This document shows, piece after piece, positions 39,367-41,895 of a stretch of DNA of 41,895 bases. Source of the DNA: Pseudomonadota bacterium (lineage in GTDB: Bacteria; Pseudomonadota; Gammaproteobacteria; Burkholderiales; SG8-41); contig JAEYXO010000084.1 in assembly GCA_023431245.1 (NCBI GenBank), positions 1 through 41,895 on the forward strand, given 5' to 3'. Below the pieces are notes generated by a model, which saw nothing but the letters and a program-made list of their open reading frames with translations, was not told the DNA's origin and did no database searches. The number at the start of each line of letters is the position of its first letter. The first letter of the stretch is position 1. A program made the translations under genes and the position numbers.

Positions 39367-41099
39367 CAGACCTCCTCCCGCACCAGGGGTGCGTCTTCGG
39401 GCGCCAGCATCGTCGTCCTGCCGGGCGCATCGGGCGGGACCGCCAGGAAACGCAGCGTGCCGGCGGTCACCTGGCTGAACACCGGCGCCGCCACCGCGCC
39501 GCCGTAATGCTGGCCGGCCGACGGCTCGTCGATCATCACCGCGACAATGATCCGCGGCTGCGATGCCGGCGCCATGCCGACGAACGACGACACATAACGA
39601 TTGGCGGCATATCCCTTGCCTTCGAGCTTGTGCGCCGTGCCGGTCTTGCCGGCGACGGTATAGCCCGACACCTGCGCGCCGGGCGCCGTGCCGCCGGGTT
39701 GCGCCGCCATTTCCAGCATCCGGCGCACCGCCAGCGCAGTCTGCGCCGAAACCACGCGTGTCCCCTGCGCGGGGCTGTCGCGCTTGAGCAAAGTCACCGG
39801 ATACAGAACGCCGTCGGAGGCGAATATGGTGTAGGAACGCGCGAGCTGCAGCAGCGATACCGAGATGCCGTAGCCGTACGACATCGTGGCCTGCTCGATC
39901 GGCTTCCAGGTCTTGTGGGCGCGCAGCCGCCCGGAAACCTCGCCCGGGAATCCGGAGCGCGGCGGCGCGCCGAAGCCGGCGCGGCTGAACAGGCTCCACA
40001 GCATCTCGGAGGGCATGGCCAGCCCCATCTTGGCGGTGCCGACGTTGGACGATTTCTGGATCACCTGCGCCACCGTCAGCGCGCCCTGCGGATGCGCGTC
40101 GCGGATGGTGCGGCTGCCGATGGTCAGCTGGCCCGGCGCGGTCTGGATCACGGTGCCCGCCTCGAACAGCCCCGCCTCCAGGGCTGCCGCGGCGGTGAAG
40201 GGTTTCAGCGTGGAGCCCGGTTCGAACAAATCGGTGACTGCGCGGTTGCGGGTGCGCTGGGCGTCCAGCCTGCCGCGGTTGTTCGGGTTGTACGCCGGCA
40301 GGTTGGCCATCGCCAGGATTTCCCCGGTGGCAACGTCAAGCACGACGATGCCGCCGGCTTTCGCGCGGTGGGCCGTCACCGCCGACTTCAGTTCGCGGAA
40401 TGCGAGATACTGGATGCGGGCATCGATAGACAGGCGCAGCTGCTGCCCGTTCTGCGGCACGCGGATGCTTTCCACGTCCTCGACAATGCGGCCAAGACGG
40501 TCCTTGATCACGCGCCGGCTGCCGGCCTTGCCGGCCAGCGACTCCTCGAACGCGAGTTCCAGCGCCTCCTGCCCCTTGTCGTCGACACCGGTGAAACCGA
40601 TGATGTGCGACATCACCTCGCCGGCGGGGTAATAACGGCGGTGTTCGCGCTGCAGGAATACGCCGGGGATGCCGAGCTGGACGACACGTTCGGCCTGGTC
40701 CGGCGGCAGCTGGCGCTTGAGATAGACAAACTCGCGCCGGGTGTCCGAGAGGCGCGCACGCAGTTCGTCATTGCTGATGCCCAGCAGCTGGGCGAGCCGG
40801 CGCAATGCGGCCGGATCCGCCTCGACATCGGCCGGGCTGGCCGCCACCGATTCGACGGGCGTCGAAATCGCCAGCGGTTCGTTGTTGCGGTCGACGATCA
40901 TGCCGCGGCTGGCGCCGATCTCGACCACCCGCGAATAACGCGACTCCCCCTTGCGCTGCAGGAAATCGTTGTTCAGCGCCTGCAGCCACAGCGCCCTCCC
41001 GGCAAGCCCGACAAACCAGGCGCCGAGCAGCAGCAGCAGCAGATTTGCGCGCCAGCGCGGCAGGCTGGGCGATTGTTCGCGCGCGGGCTGCGGCTTCAC
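39366..41099 (-). CDS. ftsI: peptidoglycan D,D-transpeptidase FtsI (PBP3)
   Basis: N-terminal TM anchor (ANLLLLLLGAWFVGLAG). Motifs are SxxK (GSTLKPF), SSN and KTGT. The GTG start at 41099 forms a GTGA overlap with the ftsL stop, with GGAGA about 8 nt upstream. Confidence 0.94.
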   Translation of the reverse strand: MKPQPAREQSPSLPRWRANLLLLLLGAWFVGLAGRALWLQALNNDFLQRKGESRYSRVVEIGASRGMIVDRNNEPLAISTPVESVAASPADVEADPAALRRLAQLLGISNDELRARLSDTRREFVYLKRQLPPDQAERVVQLGIPGVFLQREHRRYYPAGEVMSHIIGFTGVDDKGQEALELAFEESLAGKAGSRRVIKDRLGRIVEDVESIRVPQNGQQLRLSIDARIQYLAFRELKSAVTAHRAKAGGIVVLDVATGEILAMANLPAYNPNNRGRLDAQRTRNRAVTDLFEPGSTLKPFTAAAALEAGLFEAGTVIQTAPGQLTIGSRTIRDAHPQGALTVAQVIQKSSNVGTAKMGLAMPSEMLWSLFSRAGFGAPPRSGFPGEVSGRLRAHKTWKPIEQATMSYGYGISVSLLQLARSYTIFASDGVLYPVTLLKRDSPAQGTRVVSAQTALAVRRMLEMAAQPGGTAPGAQVSGYTVAGKTGTAHKLEGKGYAANRYVSSFVGMAPASQPRIIVAVMIDEPSAGQHYGGAVAAPVFSQVTAGTLRFLAVPPDAPGRTTMLAPEDAPLVREEV

Positions 41100-41380
41100 T
41101 GCGCGTTCTCCGTGCGCGCCGCCGGCACCACCTCGATGCGCCCCTGGTGCGGCAGTCGCATGCCGAGCTCGCGGGTGGCGATGCGCTCGATGCGGCTGTG
41201 TGTCGCCCAGGTGCCCTGTTCGAGCTGCAACTGCCCCCATTCGTCATCAAGCTGCTTCGCCGCGGCCTGCTCTTTCTGCAGTTCGACGTACAGCTTGCGC
41301 GCCTTGTGCTGCGCGGTGACCAGCGCAGACGCGCAGAAGATCAGCGCGGCGAACAGGATGAAGGCCAGGCGCGCGGTCAA
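41096..41380 (-). CDS. ftsL: cell division protein FtsL
   Basis: 94 aa. A single TM segment ([17 protein letters not shown]) is followed by a coiled coil ([26 protein letters not shown]). The TTG start at 41380 has GGAGG 4 nt upstream and forms a TTGA overlap with the rsmH stop. The track ORF (183 aa) is over-extended. Confidence 0.85.
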   Translation of the reverse strand: MTARLAFILFAALIFCASALVTAQHKARKLYVELQKEQAAAKQLDDEWGQLQLEQGTWATHSRIERIATRELGMRLPHQGRIEVVPAARTENAQ

Positions 41381-41895
41381 GCAGCCTCCGCTCCGGTGCG
41401 TTCCGCAACCCGCATCACTGCGCTGCGCGCGCGCGGATTCGCGGCCACTTCCTGCGCCGCGGGACGCCGGGCGCGGCCGACGAGCCGCATCCTCGGCTGC
41501 GGCAGGTCGCGGGCGCGCACCGGCAGCCGGGCCGGCAGGGTGTCGGCACGCGACTCGGCGCGCAGGAAACGTTTGACGATCCTGTCCTCGAGGGAGTGAA
41601 AGCTGATCACCACCAGGCGTCCGCCCGGATGCAGCAGGGCCACGCACTGGGGCAGCACTACCGATAGCTCCTCGAGCTCCTGATTGACATGAATCCGTAG
41701 AGCCTGAAACGTGCGCGTCGCCGGATCCTGGCGTGGCTCGCGCGCGGGAACGGCTTCTGCCACGAGCGCGGCAAGTTTTCGTGTGGTGTCAACAGGTCCC
41801 CGCGCCCGAGCCGCAACAATCGCTGCTGCAATCTGTTTAGCAAACCGTTCTTCGCCATAGTCCCTGATGACCTCCCTGATGTCCGCCTCTTCCGC
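41377..41895 (-). CDS. rsmH: 16S rRNA (cytosine1402-N4)-methyltransferase RsmH (MraW), 3' part only (5' end beyond the window)
   Basis: The reading frame is open to the window edge ([23 protein letters not shown]...[18 protein letters not shown]...[18 protein letters not shown]). These are canonical RsmH C-terminal motifs. Confidence 0.93.
   Translation of the reverse strand, partial: AEEADIREVIRDYGEERFAKQIAAAIVAARARGPVDTTRKLAALVAEAVPAREPRQDPATRTFQALRIHVNQELEELSVVLPQCVALLHPGGRLVVISFHSLEDRIVKRFLRAESRADTLPARLPVRARDLPQPRMRLVGRARRPAAQEVAANPRARSAVMRVAERTGAEAA

Noticed and set aside
39507-41576. 689-aa plus-strand ORF antisense to ftsI and ftsL. The same class includes 24612-26399, 20742-22463, 18753-20228, 31893-33179, 28425-29789, 9132-10409, 10447-11655, 12987-14027, 1593-2879 and 4294-5943.
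   Set aside because: All overlap strongly supported genes on the opposite strand. All have Arg/Gly/Pro-rich composition with no recognisable motifs, no SD and no sensible start context. They are high-GC shadow ORFs.

Overview
GC-rich chromosomal segment (roughly two-thirds G+C by eye, not computed). Gene content and order look betaproteobacterial, which is an inference from synteny. The window is almost entirely core housekeeping. (i) 1-5.9 kb is the only accessory-looking part. It holds a ThDP-dependent enzyme, a two-subunit UxaA/SuyAB-type dehydratase, a divergent GntR/HutC regulator, and an orphan secreted Ala-rich helical protein. (ii) 6-12.6 kb holds the rpsP-rimM-trmD-rplS operon, a nitroreductase, ffh, a ypjD-like gene and a CorB/CNNM-like gene. 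(iii) 12.7-16.6 kb holds pilC-pilD-coaE-zapD-yacG. (iv) 16.6-41.9 kb is a long minus-strand run. It contains a Nudix/ThiE-like fusion, a DUF815 ATPase, argJ, secA, an M23 peptidase, dciA (on the plus strand), a small membrane ORF and lpxC. It ends with a complete dcw cluster: ftsZ-ftsA-ftsQ-ddl-murB-murC-murG-ftsW-murD-mraY-murF-murE-ftsI-ftsL-rsmH, with rsmH cut by the window edge. I see no rRNA, tRNA, CRISPR array, transposase, integrase or phage gene. I do not find a convincing new multi-gene system such as defence or toxin-antitoxin. Four things merit a second look. First, three short AT-rich islands with rare codons sit inside or between GC-rich genes (murD, dciA, the argJ/DUF815 junction) and share ATTGA-containing motifs. 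Second, a canonical intrinsic terminator lies only about 20 nt upstream of the secA start codon. Third, the intergenic region of the UxaA-like/GntR module is rich in repeats. Fourth, there is a Nudix-ThiE-like fusion. Many ORF-track entries are N-terminally over-extended or are antisense shadow ORFs typical of high-GC DNA. I re-derived starts from Shine-Dalgarno spacing, stop/start overlaps and conserved N-termini.
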